A stretch of DNA of 35,472 bases from Phoronis australis (lineage: Eukaryota > Animalia > Phoronida). The DNA lies in the NCBI GenBank assembly GCA_002633005.1, contig NMRA01000915.1, positions 1 through 35,472 of the forward strand. The letters are read 5' to 3'. A model generated the notes under the pieces. The model did not search any database and was not told the DNA's origin. It saw only the letters and a program-made list of their open reading frames with translations. Positions 24,001 through 32,848 of this stretch are shown one piece after another. The position numbers and the translations under genes were made by a program. Within the stretch, counting starts at the first letter, position 1. Each line of letters starts with the position of its first letter.

Positions 24001-27000
24001 GTCAACAGCATTAGCCGGCAGGACGAGTAAACGGTATTTTGTCTTGTTACTTTTGTCTTGTACTATTCACATTGTACTCATTGCTTGATGTGAAATAGAA
24101 TGAAGCGATTTGTATTATACCGCCATCTAAGTCAGGGCTGCCAAAGTTCTTCTCTCGCGGTCCTTCTTTCGTCATTGAAGCAACAATTGTCCAACGAGCT
24201 GTAGGTCTTTTCTCAACAGTCAACCTTCATTTCTTATAGAGTATTTACGTGGACGTTTTTAACCGGTCTTAATTTAAGTAAATGTCTGGCAGCCAACGGT
24301 GGAAATTGACAATTTGAAATAAAATCACAAAAACAATAAATGTGGTAGTTTTGACAAGTCTGACTAGAGTTAATAACTTTAAGAGGTCCATCCCAAAAAT
24401 GACGTTCTTCGTCCGTAAAAAAGATCATGTCCCTTTAAAGGATATACCTTTCGTATATCATTACCTGAGAAATTCCGTACGAGTTACACAGTCGCAGGGT
24501 CTTGTTGACTTCGTCACAGGTCATAGGATTTCTGAAAATATTTCGTTTTCAAAATCAGAAGCACGATGCTTACAAAGGAGCTCGAGTGCACCTATAGCCC
24601 ACTTGAAAAAATTCATGCGCATGGGTAGTCTCCCTAGACCCCTGATAACACGAAATTTATATCTTACCATGTTCTGAGTAATTCTAGATGGGCAAAAACA
24701 AAAAATGACATGATATTCCATAATTGTCGTCAAGATTATCCCTACAACACATGCATCTTGTAAATGTATCGCCTCAGCTAACTTTTACCGCGTTCACACG
24801 AGGACTTTCATAATAAGGCAAATAGGACGTTTGTGTCCGGTTGCATAGGAACAGTTCCAATAGGAGCTCGGTTAAGTTCTCTAAATTTTCAGCGTATCTT
24901 TAGACTTTTTATTCAGTAATATTTTCCATCACTTTTAACTTTATTGGGAGCTTTTCTTTTACTTGTGAAGTTTTACAGACATCTGTATTTGAAAACCGGC
25001 CCTTGACTTCACTGAGTCCTTAAATTTGGGTTATTGCATGAAAAGGCGTATTGTTTATTTCCAATAGTATTATGAATTCAACGTAGAGTTTAGTATCTTT
25101 TGCGTGTCAAAAACCAAAAGTTGCAACGCAGATAAAATAACAGAAACGGCACAATCAGTATTTTTGCAAACGTCACAATGCGCAGCAGGAAGGAAGTTGA
25201 CTCCCTATTGTGCCTGTTCCATGAAACGCGGAACTGGCAAATCACGGGCGATCACAACGGACAGGCAGACCTTCTTCTCGTGATCGGAGGGCAAACCAGC
25301 TGTCTGATTATGGTCGCACTCAGACGTCTCACGAGCATTGACAATCATATGACTGTTCAGACCGCGGATCAGACATCATATCAGATGTGCCTTCTGACGA
25401 GACGCCATTGGAACGTATCGCGTGTCTGATTGGTTCTCACCTGACGTATATTGCAGGGGGCACTAAAGTTTTCCAAAACTTCATAGCCGCAGTTTCGAAG
25501 GTCGTCGATATATCTGGCTGAATGTTGTTCACATACTTTTCGTACGGCGGCAGTTTTTCATTTATGACTACTGGTAACCATTCGTTTATAATGATATTCT
25601 GAAAATACACAACAAAGTCCAGGGTTACCTTCACTCAGTTGTAGAAACTCTAAAACATTCCATATGTTTATTTAAGAGCACAGCTTATTTACACAGTTTT
25701 TCCATTAACTTCAGCTGTGGGGCATTAAAATTGGTAGATTTTGGCGGACATAAAGATAAGGCACATTATATGAAATAACTACCTGTACGTACAAGTTAAA
25801 GAAGATACCAATAGTGCACAGGAAAAGAGAACAGTCTCCGGTTTTTTTTTAAAGGAGAAGAAGGTCTTTTGCAAGCTTTCAAAATCCAGGAAATAATATG
25901 TCTGATATGACTTAAAACCGATTACAAAACAATATTAAGTACATTGTAGTTTGTTAACAAAATTGGCTTAAAAGTAAACACGAAAATCTTAAGACACTTT
26001 TTACATAGTTTTTGCACTGATCGCCGTGATGTCATAGTTTGTCGTTGAATGCGTGCCTGGTCGAGACGTTTTTGCATTTATCGGACATGAATTATTTGGA
26101 ATTAAGGTATGTTAATATTTCTACTCTCCATCATCAGCTACATTGAGCGGTTTACCGATGCAATGCTACAACGTGACCGTAAGTTAATTGGTTTTTTTAC
26201 TTGAGCTGACATGAAACAATTTCACAGAATAGCGTAATTGTCCCTAAATAGTTTTACCAAAGACAAAAAACGGACTTGACAAACATGAAGACCGCCGGCT
26301 AAATTTGTCTGTTAGGATACATACCTGATAAATAGCGATGACTTTCTTACGTGCTGTGTAAAAACGCTCTTCGTCGGTTAAGTTAGCGTTAAGCTGCAGA
26401 GCAACATGGTTGTGTAGTCGGAACCACAGGGTCGCCAGAGAAAATATTGCGGGGTTTTGATGAGCGTGCACGTCACCAAACACTAGAACAAAAGCAGAAT
26501 GAATATGAAATCTGGTGCAAGCCCCCATTCTGAAAAAAGTTCTTTTGACTCGGACAAATCGTCGCTTCTGAAAAATAGTTCTTTTGAATCGGATCACTCA
26601 CGGCTTCTGAAAAAGTAGTTCTCTTTTATCGGACCACTCACCGCTGTGTTCGTAACTAAGGTTGGAAATGACTTGCCAGATATTGTGTGAGCATGGGAGA
26701 AGTGAAAATTTGTTATTTCCTAAGATTAGGCTCAATGCATTGACTTGACTGCGTTGAATCAAAATGTGCAGAGCATGGCGTCTTGTATCGACGAACTATC
26801 ACGTCTTTTGGAGGCCAGTGCCCAGAAACTACAACCATTCTGAGAAAAAGAACGAGGTGTAGCTAATTTTGTAACAGCAACGTGATCTAAGTAAAACATT
26901 AATTATCGACAGAATCAGGTACATACCAATTTTCGACGTGTTAGCAAGATGAAGGCAATATGTTGCACTCATAGACACTTCTGCTAAAGGCGTTCTTTTA

Positions 27001-30000
27001 TACTTAAAGTTACAGTTGTGATGTGAACACTAGGGATTGAAAGATGCGGAACAGTATTTGTACTTACTGTAGAGTTTATCTGTATCCTGGTACTCGTTTT
27101 TTAGTGGATTTGGAATATTTTGAAATGGTAATCCGGGCTTGTTAATGCCCGGATATTGTGGGTTATCCGGTAATGTCACTAGCGTCCCATTGACGAAGGA
27201 TCGAAGAACATTCGCCCAAACTTCGCTACTCCCGTATATAAAGCTACCGTCTATCCAACTGGTTGCACTGTTAACCTTAAAATTAAACTTTACATATTGA
27301 TATATACGGTTATGATCAACAGATGGCGTTATATAGGTAGCATTTCGTTATACTTTCGAACCAATGGCGGAATAAACTACGTTTTAAGAAAACGTAGTAG
27401 TGCGTATTAAATCTATCACCAGTTAAGACATTACACATATAATATGGGCGCTGTAAATACGAATGCTTAAAATAAATTTTTATTGAGACCGTTTACAGTT
27501 GATTCTTATTCTGCTGATTACATGTGCTTTCTGGGCTTAGAAAGAAGTACATACAAGTTGACTTGACCCAGTGGATCATTTCATGCGCCGAGCATAGTCT
27601 GAAGCAATATCGAGCCGTTACTTCTTCCCAAGCTAGACGTCCATAAATCACAACTGAGCAAAGAACAAATTGAGACGTTTGCATGAAACGGTCCCAAATA
27701 GTTACTCGACCAAGTTCCCTAACTGATCTGTTGTGTACTTGTGGTCTTGTAAATATACTGATTGTCCTTTCTTAGTACGCTGTTTGAGTATCGTTACTAG
27801 GCCAGTTTTTGGCTTTTATACAAGTCGAGAGTGAATTCGACGTCGAGTTCTCAGTATTAATGAAAATAAGTAGGGATATTTTCATGCAATGCCCCTAATT
27901 TAGGGATTATGTCCCTAATTTTTTTGATTTAATTAAATGCTCAGTCTTTAGTTGTATTATTAGAAAGTGTCATTTGTAAAAGAGGAACACGTAACAAAAG
28001 TAAAATGATAGATAAACATTATGTATGTGAATTATGAACGAAATAAATGTGCAAAGCATTTAGGGAACTCGTTGAGTCCCTATTAGGGTCTGTTTCATGC
28101 AACCGGTCACAGAGGCCCATGTTATTAAAGTTGTACACCTCAATGGTTGTCACGTGTCTTGCGAACGGAACGTTGGGTTTTATAGAAACACAACGGCCAT
28201 CTTTATGAACCTCTTGAACTGTGTGTTGGTTAATTCTCAGTTAATTCTTCCCAGGAAACACTGCAAAAATACTCGAACGCGTGGTTATGCACGCAAGCAC
28301 ATTTTTGAATGCTTTTTATAATCAGTTTTAAGATCGACAACTTAAGTAACTTGGGCCGAACCGTTTTAGCGGCACTTTTTGTTTACCATCCAAGGGTTTC
28401 TTACTTTGATACCCGCGGAGGATGCCATGCGTACAATGTGCAAATTGTTATTTTTAGTGCCTGCCTTCTACTGTTCAACGTATGTGACAGATTAATTCAT
28501 CCATACTTGTTTTAAATGCGGCTGTTTTTTTTTTAAATTGTGAAGTGAAAATAGTTGAATTAGTCATGAAAGAAAAAGTGGAACTGTTAGGCCGGCGAAA
28601 GTACTCACGAAACGTTCTCCTACAGCCTAGGGTCGTATGACTAAAAGATTAAACTTAAAACCGCGGAGTAAAGTCCGACGAAACTCAGTCAAACGTAATA
28701 AACTATGAAAGAAGAATTCTTACTTGTTTTCTTGGATTGTTCAAAGATTGTCCAGTCTTCTTGTCGTAGCGCGCCCGCTCGAACGGCATGTTATCGTCAC
28801 CAAGTAGTGGGTCATTTTTAAGTGGCACATTAATGACCTCTGGCGGGCAAGTTGGTTGTGATGAGTCACTGATCTCCATAGAAACCATCTGACCTGAACA
28901 GAAAAGTGAAACACGACCCCTATAGTCAAAATAGTTCTTGCTTGTACTAATGCTGTAGCCAAAAGTTGATATTATACAAAGGAAGTCGAACATGGGCAAT
29001 CAATCTTGAATCGTGAATAGTTCCATGGACGCCAAATTGTTTTTCAGCATCACCGGCGTGGCCACGGGGGCGCTGTGGGACCATGGCCCCTATGTTCTTT
29101 GCAAAAATTCTGTTCAAAACTCGTTTCAGTTTTGCGTTTGTCCCTTTGCTGCATGTAAAGAGGTCCCATATTACAAACAAAGATTTTGCAATAAAAGATT
29201 ATGTAGAAAACTTACTGAAAAAGGCAAACAGGGCAGTCCTATTGGGAGAATATTCAGTTGGCGATGTACAGTTAAACAGCGCGTTGCTAACATGTCGCGC
29301 GTTGGGTCTGCCGGCGAACGTAGCTTGGTATGTCCCGTCATCGTACACCGTAGGCACTTTGTTTATGTAGTGCTCGCCTGTAGAAGAAAAATGCTACAAG
29401 AAGAGACATTCACAGTCTGATTTTGATTTTGTGCCTTGTAGTTGTTATCAACTTTAGTTCTTGTTTTATAGCTCCTGGAGAACTTGCTTTACTACAACAA
29501 GAACATCGATGGATACGACAACAATGATGACCACATAGTGACAAGACCAACAATTGGGACAACGATACCAATTAGAAAAATGTGGCTAAAAGTACACCAA
29601 ACACATCATAAAGAACAATAATTATTGTAACCATTTCGTTCGCGTGAACTGAGACATGAATTTCAACCGAAAATTAGTGGTGGGTACTGAATCTGTTTAA
29701 GTGACATTACAGATTTTAATGCGGACGTTTAATGAATTCTTTGAAGCAAAATATCACCGTGTAACCCTCATTAATTCTCAGATGTTTGGGACAAATCTGA
29801 AATATTGTTACAAAATTTGCTCAATCGACAATCGTGTTTGAAAGTCGAAGCGAGTTGAAAAACCACCGCCTCGAACAAGAGAATCCACTTTGTGGCACAG
29901 CGGGTATTTTACATTGGAACGATGGTTTCGTGACTGAGAGAAGTCAATTATTATCATTGTGTAACAACAGTTAGCAACCAGCTATTGATGAAAGCAGTTC

Positions 30001-30099
30001 TTGGGGCTTAAATTTCTCGATTTTTACCTGTCGACCCCCACTCTATATTTGCCAAGTTATTGTACCAGCCATCGAAACGTTGCCTTTCAAAGACAATAT
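1..30099 (-). CDS. DUOX: Dual oxidase (DUOX, NADPH oxidase family), 25 exons visible, incomplete at both ends
   Basis: Exons in transcript order: 30099-30028, 29377-29216, 28893-28724, 27275-27068, 26482-26325, 25598-25441, 24531-24465, 23730-23628, 22997-22840, 22277-22102, 21910-21798, 21481-21332, 20632-20510, 11119-10911, 10276-10091, 9540-9451, 9242-9107, 8868-8775, 7979-7671, 6821-6667, 4245-4015, 2611-2471, 2073-1792, 1342-1113, 33-1. All introns are GT-AG with matching phases; 3914 nt in total, no stops. Motifs: [38 protein letters not shown]-hands, AFHK/IHVVGH/THKL/LHG heme histidines, [26 protein letters not shown]. Confidence 0.97.
159..312. mobile_element. MITE (154 bp), PIF/Harbinger-like termini
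   Basis: TIR gggtacagttcagta / tactgaactctaccc (14 of 15 match); close relative at about 2305-2458. Confidence 0.65.
340..930. repeat. Interspersed repeat with internal degenerate repeats (possibly Helentron-associated HINE/DINE-like), carrying 4 CTCF-like motifs
   Basis: Recurring gcc(c/a)cctagtgg and gcggat..tt.gtgaaat.tg.ca units; boundaries approximate. Confidence 0.4.
1113..1342 (-). CDS. DUOX: DUOX exon, FAD-binding domain ([10 protein letters not shown]...[14 protein letters not shown]...YPK)
   Basis: tattag/gtaggg; HPFT motif. Confidence 0.96.
1792..2073 (-). CDS. DUOX: DUOX exon (ITGLLA...FWVTHKL...LHGSGRLLQ...AELLPS)
   Basis: ttccag/gtaatg; two heme His. Confidence 0.95.
2305..2458. 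mobile_element. MITE, same family as 159-312
   Basis: gttcagta...tactgaac inverted ends; shared block cacgtaatctc..gaagtcttgctttttagcg.ggtcctag. Confidence 0.65.
2471..2611 (-). CDS. DUOX: DUOX exon ([16 protein letters not shown]...WLYETIT)
   Basis: ttccag/gtaagt; heme His. Confidence 0.94.
3693..3766. repeat. Perfect tandem duplication of a 34-bp unit
   Basis: acttggacaatagatgttaactgctggaaatgcc twice, then acttgg. Confidence 0.95.
4015..4245 (-). CDS. DUOX: DUOX exon (YAVETEHTG...[13 protein letters not shown]...[10 protein letters not shown])
   Basis: ccatag/gtaagg; ferric-reductase TM motifs. Confidence 0.95.
4642..4746 (-). repeat. Direct-repeat copy of 6625-6729 (last 63 nt of a DUOX exon plus donor and intron start); probable long TSD
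   Basis: Ungapped 105-bp match with 6 mismatches; the two copies abut the LINE ends. Confidence 0.9.
4747..6624 (-). mobile_element. 5'-truncated, frameshifted non-LTR retrotransposon (LINE, RTE/RTEX-like), RT plus C-terminal Cys/His motif
   Basis: Fragments [65 protein letters not shown]...[10 protein letters not shown] spread over several frames; AATAAA near the 3' end (4773-4768). Confidence 0.93.
6667..6821 (-). CDS. DUOX: DUOX exon (TMRANG...[28 protein letters not shown]), first NOX TM
   Basis: tttcag/gtgagt; ENxxxHIFxLxLFY motif. Confidence 0.93.
6945..7217. repeat. Long imperfect inverted repeat (arms 6945-7058 and 7102-7217, 43-nt loop)
   Basis: Inner 21 bp perfect (ctaggtggcgtggtgatcagg / cctgatcaccacgccacctag); outer arms align with scattered mismatches. 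Confidence 0.9.
7671..7979 (-). CDS. DUOX: DUOX exon, degenerate EF-like segment plus basic/Ser-rich loop
   Basis: aaaaag/gtgcga; SLTEMAN...AAG...INFEGF; phases fit. Confidence 0.85.
8775..8868 (-). CDS. DUOX: DUOX exon with EF-hand 2 ([18 protein letters not shown])
   Basis: ttttag/gtaggt; EF-hand loop. Confidence 0.92.
9107..9242 (-). CDS. DUOX: DUOX exon with EF-hand 1 ([12 protein letters not shown])
   Basis: ctgcag/gtacac; canonical EF-hand loop. Confidence 0.94.
9451..9540 (-). CDS. DUOX: DUOX exon (IETYDEVDG...EIMDFKLSK)
   Basis: tttcag/gtaaga; 90 nt, phase 0/0. Confidence 0.85.
10091..10276 (-). CDS. DUOX: DUOX exon ([13 protein letters not shown]...[19 protein letters not shown])
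   Basis: tttcag/gttggt; TKxxRxxxLExFF motif. Confidence 0.9.
10911..11119 (-). CDS. DUOX: DUOX exon, cytosolic linker (TEWLG...[11 protein letters not shown])
   Basis: ttatag/gtaaga; EW and PKEYDL motifs. Confidence 0.9.
14225..15005 (+). pseudogene. Kolobok transposase N-terminal fragment (THAP domain plus Cys/His region), DDE domain missing
   Basis: PHC*CVPGC...LHRFP...RRTW, frameshift, then VCGKHF...LKKDAIPS (THAP); later KFIV...[11 protein letters not shown]...[13 protein letters not shown]; start codon lost and in-frame stop. Confidence 0.8.
15000..15302 (-). pseudogene. KolX-like / P2X7 C-terminal (ballast) domain-like protein, N-terminal fragment
   Basis: MAG...YMFEPE...[27 protein letters not shown] resembles the WCxCxxCxxMxxxxExxCC motif; truncated where it meets transposase sequence. 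Confidence 0.75.
16723..16868. mobile_element. Diverged MITE related to 159-312
   Basis: Shared core gtcacgtg.tt...tt.gaatgca.ggc.atatctc; weak inverted ends; another diverged copy at about 17042-17176. Confidence 0.45.
17935..18560 (+). mobile_element. Heavily decayed RTE-like LINE ORF2 3' fragment
   Basis: [31 protein letters not shown] and [23 protein letters not shown] resemble RTE post-RT motifs; many stops. Confidence 0.4.
19240..19550 (+). repeat. Degenerate (GAC/AAC)n triplet low-complexity tract
   Basis: Strong 3-nt RNY periodicity. Confidence 0.7.
20510..20632 (-). CDS. DUOX: DUOX exon ([40 protein letters not shown])
   Basis: tttcag/gtaagt; TM end plus basic stop-transfer segment; phases fit. 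Confidence 0.85.
21332..21481 (-). CDS. DUOX: DUOX exon (DPC...YDYFVTSE plus first TM helix)
   Basis: ttttag/gtgaga; GDPC and DYFxxSE followed by a hydrophobic stretch. Confidence 0.92.
21798..21910 (-). CDS. DUOX: DUOX exon ([18 protein letters not shown]...NVFYHTP)
   Basis: ctgcag/gtaagc; end of peroxidase-homology domain. Confidence 0.92.
22102..22277 (-). CDS. DUOX: DUOX exon (LVGAFDVLY...GGMME...[18 protein letters not shown])
   Basis: tttcag/gtgaga; DRFWFEN motif. Confidence 0.94.
22609..22635. repeat. (TATG)n microsatellite
   Basis: atatgtatgtatgtatgtatatatgta. Confidence 0.85.
22840..22997 (-). CDS. DUOX: DUOX exon ([29 protein letters not shown]...HPN)
   Basis: gtgcag/gtaagg; GRDxGL motif. 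Confidence 0.9.
23628..23730 (-). CDS. DUOX: DUOX exon ([34 protein letters not shown])
   Basis: tttcag/gtaatt; GxASQxAExED..VEDxR motif. Confidence 0.9.
24465..24531 (-). CDS. DUOX: DUOX small exon ([22 protein letters not shown])
   Basis: tttcag/gtaatg; LRLCNSY motif; phases fit both neighbours. Confidence 0.88.
25441..25598 (-). CDS. DUOX: DUOX exon (NIIINEWLP...[16 protein letters not shown])
   Basis: tttcag/gtgaga; NIxxxEWLP and VPP motifs. Confidence 0.93.
26325..26482 (-). CDS. DUOX: DUOX exon ([24 protein letters not shown]...[10 protein letters not shown])
   Basis: ttctag/gtatgt; LWFRxHN motif. Confidence 0.93.
26528..26645. repeat. Three diverged tandem copies of a unit of about 38-40 bp
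   Basis: ttctgaaaaa.agttctttt...tcgga..a.tc...gc three times, just upstream of the acceptor at 26483. Confidence 0.85.
27068..27275 (-). CDS. DUOX: DUOX exon ([30 protein letters not shown]...TDKLY)
   Basis: tttaag/gtaagt; WIDGSFIYG motif. Confidence 0.93.
28724..28893 (-). CDS. DUOX: DUOX exon ([18 protein letters not shown]...[22 protein letters not shown])
   Basis: gttcag/gtaaga; CPPE and TGQSxNNPRxQ motifs. Confidence 0.93.
29216..29377 (-). CDS. DUOX: DUOX exon ([17 protein letters not shown]...[12 protein letters not shown]...NRTALFAFF)
   Basis: ctacag/gtaagt; YxDG, PNxRxxSN and NRT motifs; frame not shown in the ORF track. Confidence 0.92.
30028..30099 (-). CDS. DUOX: DUOX exon, start of peroxidase-homology domain ([23 protein letters not shown])
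   Basis: ttccag acceptor, gtaaaa donor; RFDGWYNNL motif. Confidence 0.93.
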
Positions 30100-30249
30100 C
30101 TGGAAAGAAGAGTGAAATATTACACTCGTTATACAGCTCATTGTATTTCGAAAGTCCATTATGTATGTCCAGAACATAATCAAACAGTAACGTTATTGCC
30201 GTGTTTACGAGTAATTTATTCCTCAATAATTTATTTGTTGCTAGTGGAA

Positions 30250-30580
30250 TTGTTGGCAACGTTTCTGATTACAGTTTTGGTGGTGATGAGAAAGGTTAAT
30301 TGTTGGCGTTGGTAATGGTGATGAAGCTCTTGGGTGTTGATGGCGGTGCAGGTGGTTAATTGTTTTTGCGTTAGGAGTGGTGGTATTGCTGTTTGGTGTT
30401 GATGGTGGTGGCTGTGGTGGTGATGGTGGCTGTTGTAGCGTTGGTAGTGGTCAGGGTGATGTTGTTGGGTTTTGGTGGGGGAGATGGTGGTTATGGAGGG
30501 TGCGTTGGCGTTGGTTGTGGCAGTAGTAGTGGTGGTTGTATTTTGGTGTCATTAGTACCCTGTTATAATGGTGGAGGTTG
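30250..30580. repeat. Degenerate (GGT/GTT)n low-complexity tract
   Basis: Triplet periodicity, G/T-rich; ORFs here are compositional artefacts. Confidence 0.8.
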
Positions 30581-31645
30581 AGTTTTTTATAATGTTTGTT
30601 ACGAAATCTTCGATACAATGAATATATATAACCCAGAAAGCGCCAAGAGGCATTATATCTGGGTTAAAAAAGTACAAAGAAATCTATATACAATTATTTT
30701 ACACAAATACAGGGTGAGTTGAGATAGTTATTAAACAATAGTATTCCTATCTCCGCACACCTACAGCACACATCACGAATTTTTGTCCGACCGGTCAGCT
30801 AGGAGTCGACGACCGGCCGTCGACCGGTCGGGAAATTTACGGACAGGTCGGTTAATTTTTAGCCGACCGGCAGCAGGCCGCAGTGCCGACTCATAAGGCC
30901 ACCCACCAGCCGACTCTACAGCCGACCTTAAATTGACCTATCGCAAGCTCCGCCCCTATGCGAAAAGTCACGTGATACCCGACAATCGAACGAGATGTCA
31001 GAGGCAAATACACTGTCGCTAAATGACGTTCCTGGTGGAATCGATGAGTGTTTTTGCACTATTTTAAAACGCTGCGACAGAGACAAGAGGCGATGCTTTT
31101 CAACTGAGAATCGTACATGTACGTTCATGATATGGGAATTAATTTGTAAAGGTGACGATGAAAAAATAAGTGCTCGAGGGAGCCAGCAAAAATCTGAAGA
31201 ACCCCTCGGCCTCGGGGCCACCTTCACCTGATCACCTGACAAATGACAAAGCCACTGATACGATATTTTCATGTAAAGCTGGGTTTGTACCTTAAAGTCG
31301 AATTATCTGTACAATTCCATAGATTTCATGATCTTTCGAATAAAATCAATGAAGATTCACCGATATTTTTATTCTGTCGTCTGCTAAATTTCGCCAAATG
31401 AAAAGTAGGTCACAACTGGTGGGACTCCTGGAGTAAAGTAGGTCATAGATTACAGACAACACATGCACTATAGTCTCTGACTAGGTCGCTCGATATCACT
31501 GTTTACGCTTTTCTAATCTTGTAACGAAATATTTTGATAAAAAAATTCAGATTCATAGCTCAGGTACAAACTCATCTCGTCCTAGGCAAACAGTTAGCTC
31601 CGGTAGGTCTGGAGCTGTGTCCAAGTCAAATTAATGTCTGGAATT

Positions 31646-31965
31646 CAGTGGCGGATCTAGGATACCAGAGGGGGGCCCAACATATGTTGCCTCGTGGAAT
31701 TGGGCAAAGTGCGATTGTATGTGCACAGGCGGCCCGAAAGTTGCAGGGGCCAGGGATGTAGACCTTTGGACCAGAAAATCTATCGGTGGACTAAGAAAAA
31801 CAGGAACACAATTCCGCCACGATCTGGGGTCTGAGCCCCTCTCTTCCGCTACCGGTCCTAGTTACTGAACTCAATATTTCCTCACGCTTCACGCTCTTGC
31901 TGTTCCACTTTGCTTGCGGCAGCCAAGGGGGGGGCGACGCACCCCCCCCCCTTAATCCGCCTATG
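31646..31965. mobile_element. hAT-like MITE (320 bp) with 5-bp TSD
   Basis: Ends cagtggcggatctag / cttaatccgcctatg; GAATT on both sides (31641-31645, 31966-31970); G/C-run subtermini. Confidence 0.75.
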
Positions 31966-32699
31966 GAATTGTTCGTTTGCACCATTAAGACATTTAAACT
32001 AGGCCTACCTGCTTATGAACTTGACATTTTTTGTAGTTTCATTCCATAAAGGTAGCTTTCATTTAATTTTGAAAGTAGCATGATCACTAAGTCGTGGTAT
32101 GGTTACAAAAGATTACAAGTCTGGTGTGGTAGTTGCAAAAATTGGATATTTACAAAAATAACTCAAATTCTTTTTTAAGGCCTCATAAATCTAAATATCA
32201 TGTTTGAACAACTTCAAAATGAGCTCTCTCTAACTCTACAGACATAGTGTATACTAGAGGTACACGTCAAAAAGTAATTCAACAGTTTATTTGTAGTGAC
32301 AACAGCTCGACCAAGGCTTTGAGTTCCGGCAGTAATCCAGTTCCCTTCCCTGTGTCGATCGAATCTCTGAATTTTGAGCGGGAGAGAAGTTCAGTTGAAC
32401 GTCAGCCTACGGTTGATGAATAACAAAAATGTACCTCTGATACGAAACAAAATAATGTCCATTAGGTTGAAATAAATAAAAAAACACAAAATAAAAATGT
32501 CCTTGAAAACGACAATTTCCGGGGACTACCGCTAGAGTGCAGGTGCCGAGACAAAGGCGGCCAGACGTAGGGAACTCGGGAGTCAAAATCTGAGATATCC
32601 CTGTACCATAGCCACCAAGCTGAAAAGGCGTATCTTGGAACTAATATTTTTATGTTTATTACAGCCTTCGAGTTATCAAGCAACATCGCTAAGTTCAGC

Positions 32700-32848
32700 T
32701 ACTCGTGTGGCCGTACAGTTTGATCCATAGTTTACGCTTTTCAACATCATTTTTCGGCTTAGGACATGCCAAAAATGACGGGATATTATTCTGGAGCAGC
32801 ATAACGGCTGTCGGTGCTACACACGCCATATCAACACCGTTTCCCCAT
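32700..32848 (-). pseudogene. THAP-domain relic
   Basis: MGKRC*YGVCSTDSRY...(frameshift)PKPKNDVEKRKLWIKLYG fits THAP C-x4-C...P...W; not in the ORF track. Confidence 0.7.

Noticed and set aside
24121-24200. Possible DUOX exon ([26 protein letters not shown])
   Set aside because: No DUOX similarity; exon 23730-23628 supplies the expected sequence with correct phases
26528-26645. CRISPR-like array
   Set aside because: Eukaryotic intron, adjacent diverged units without unique spacers, no cas genes
1605-29420. Numerous short plus-strand ORFs overlapping DUOX exons or the LINE
   Set aside because: Antisense shadows of real coding sequence with no recognisable motifs
30250-30581. Mucin-like or Gly/Val-rich coding exon
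   Set aside because: Degenerate triplet repeat with stops on the DUOX strand and no convincing splice sites
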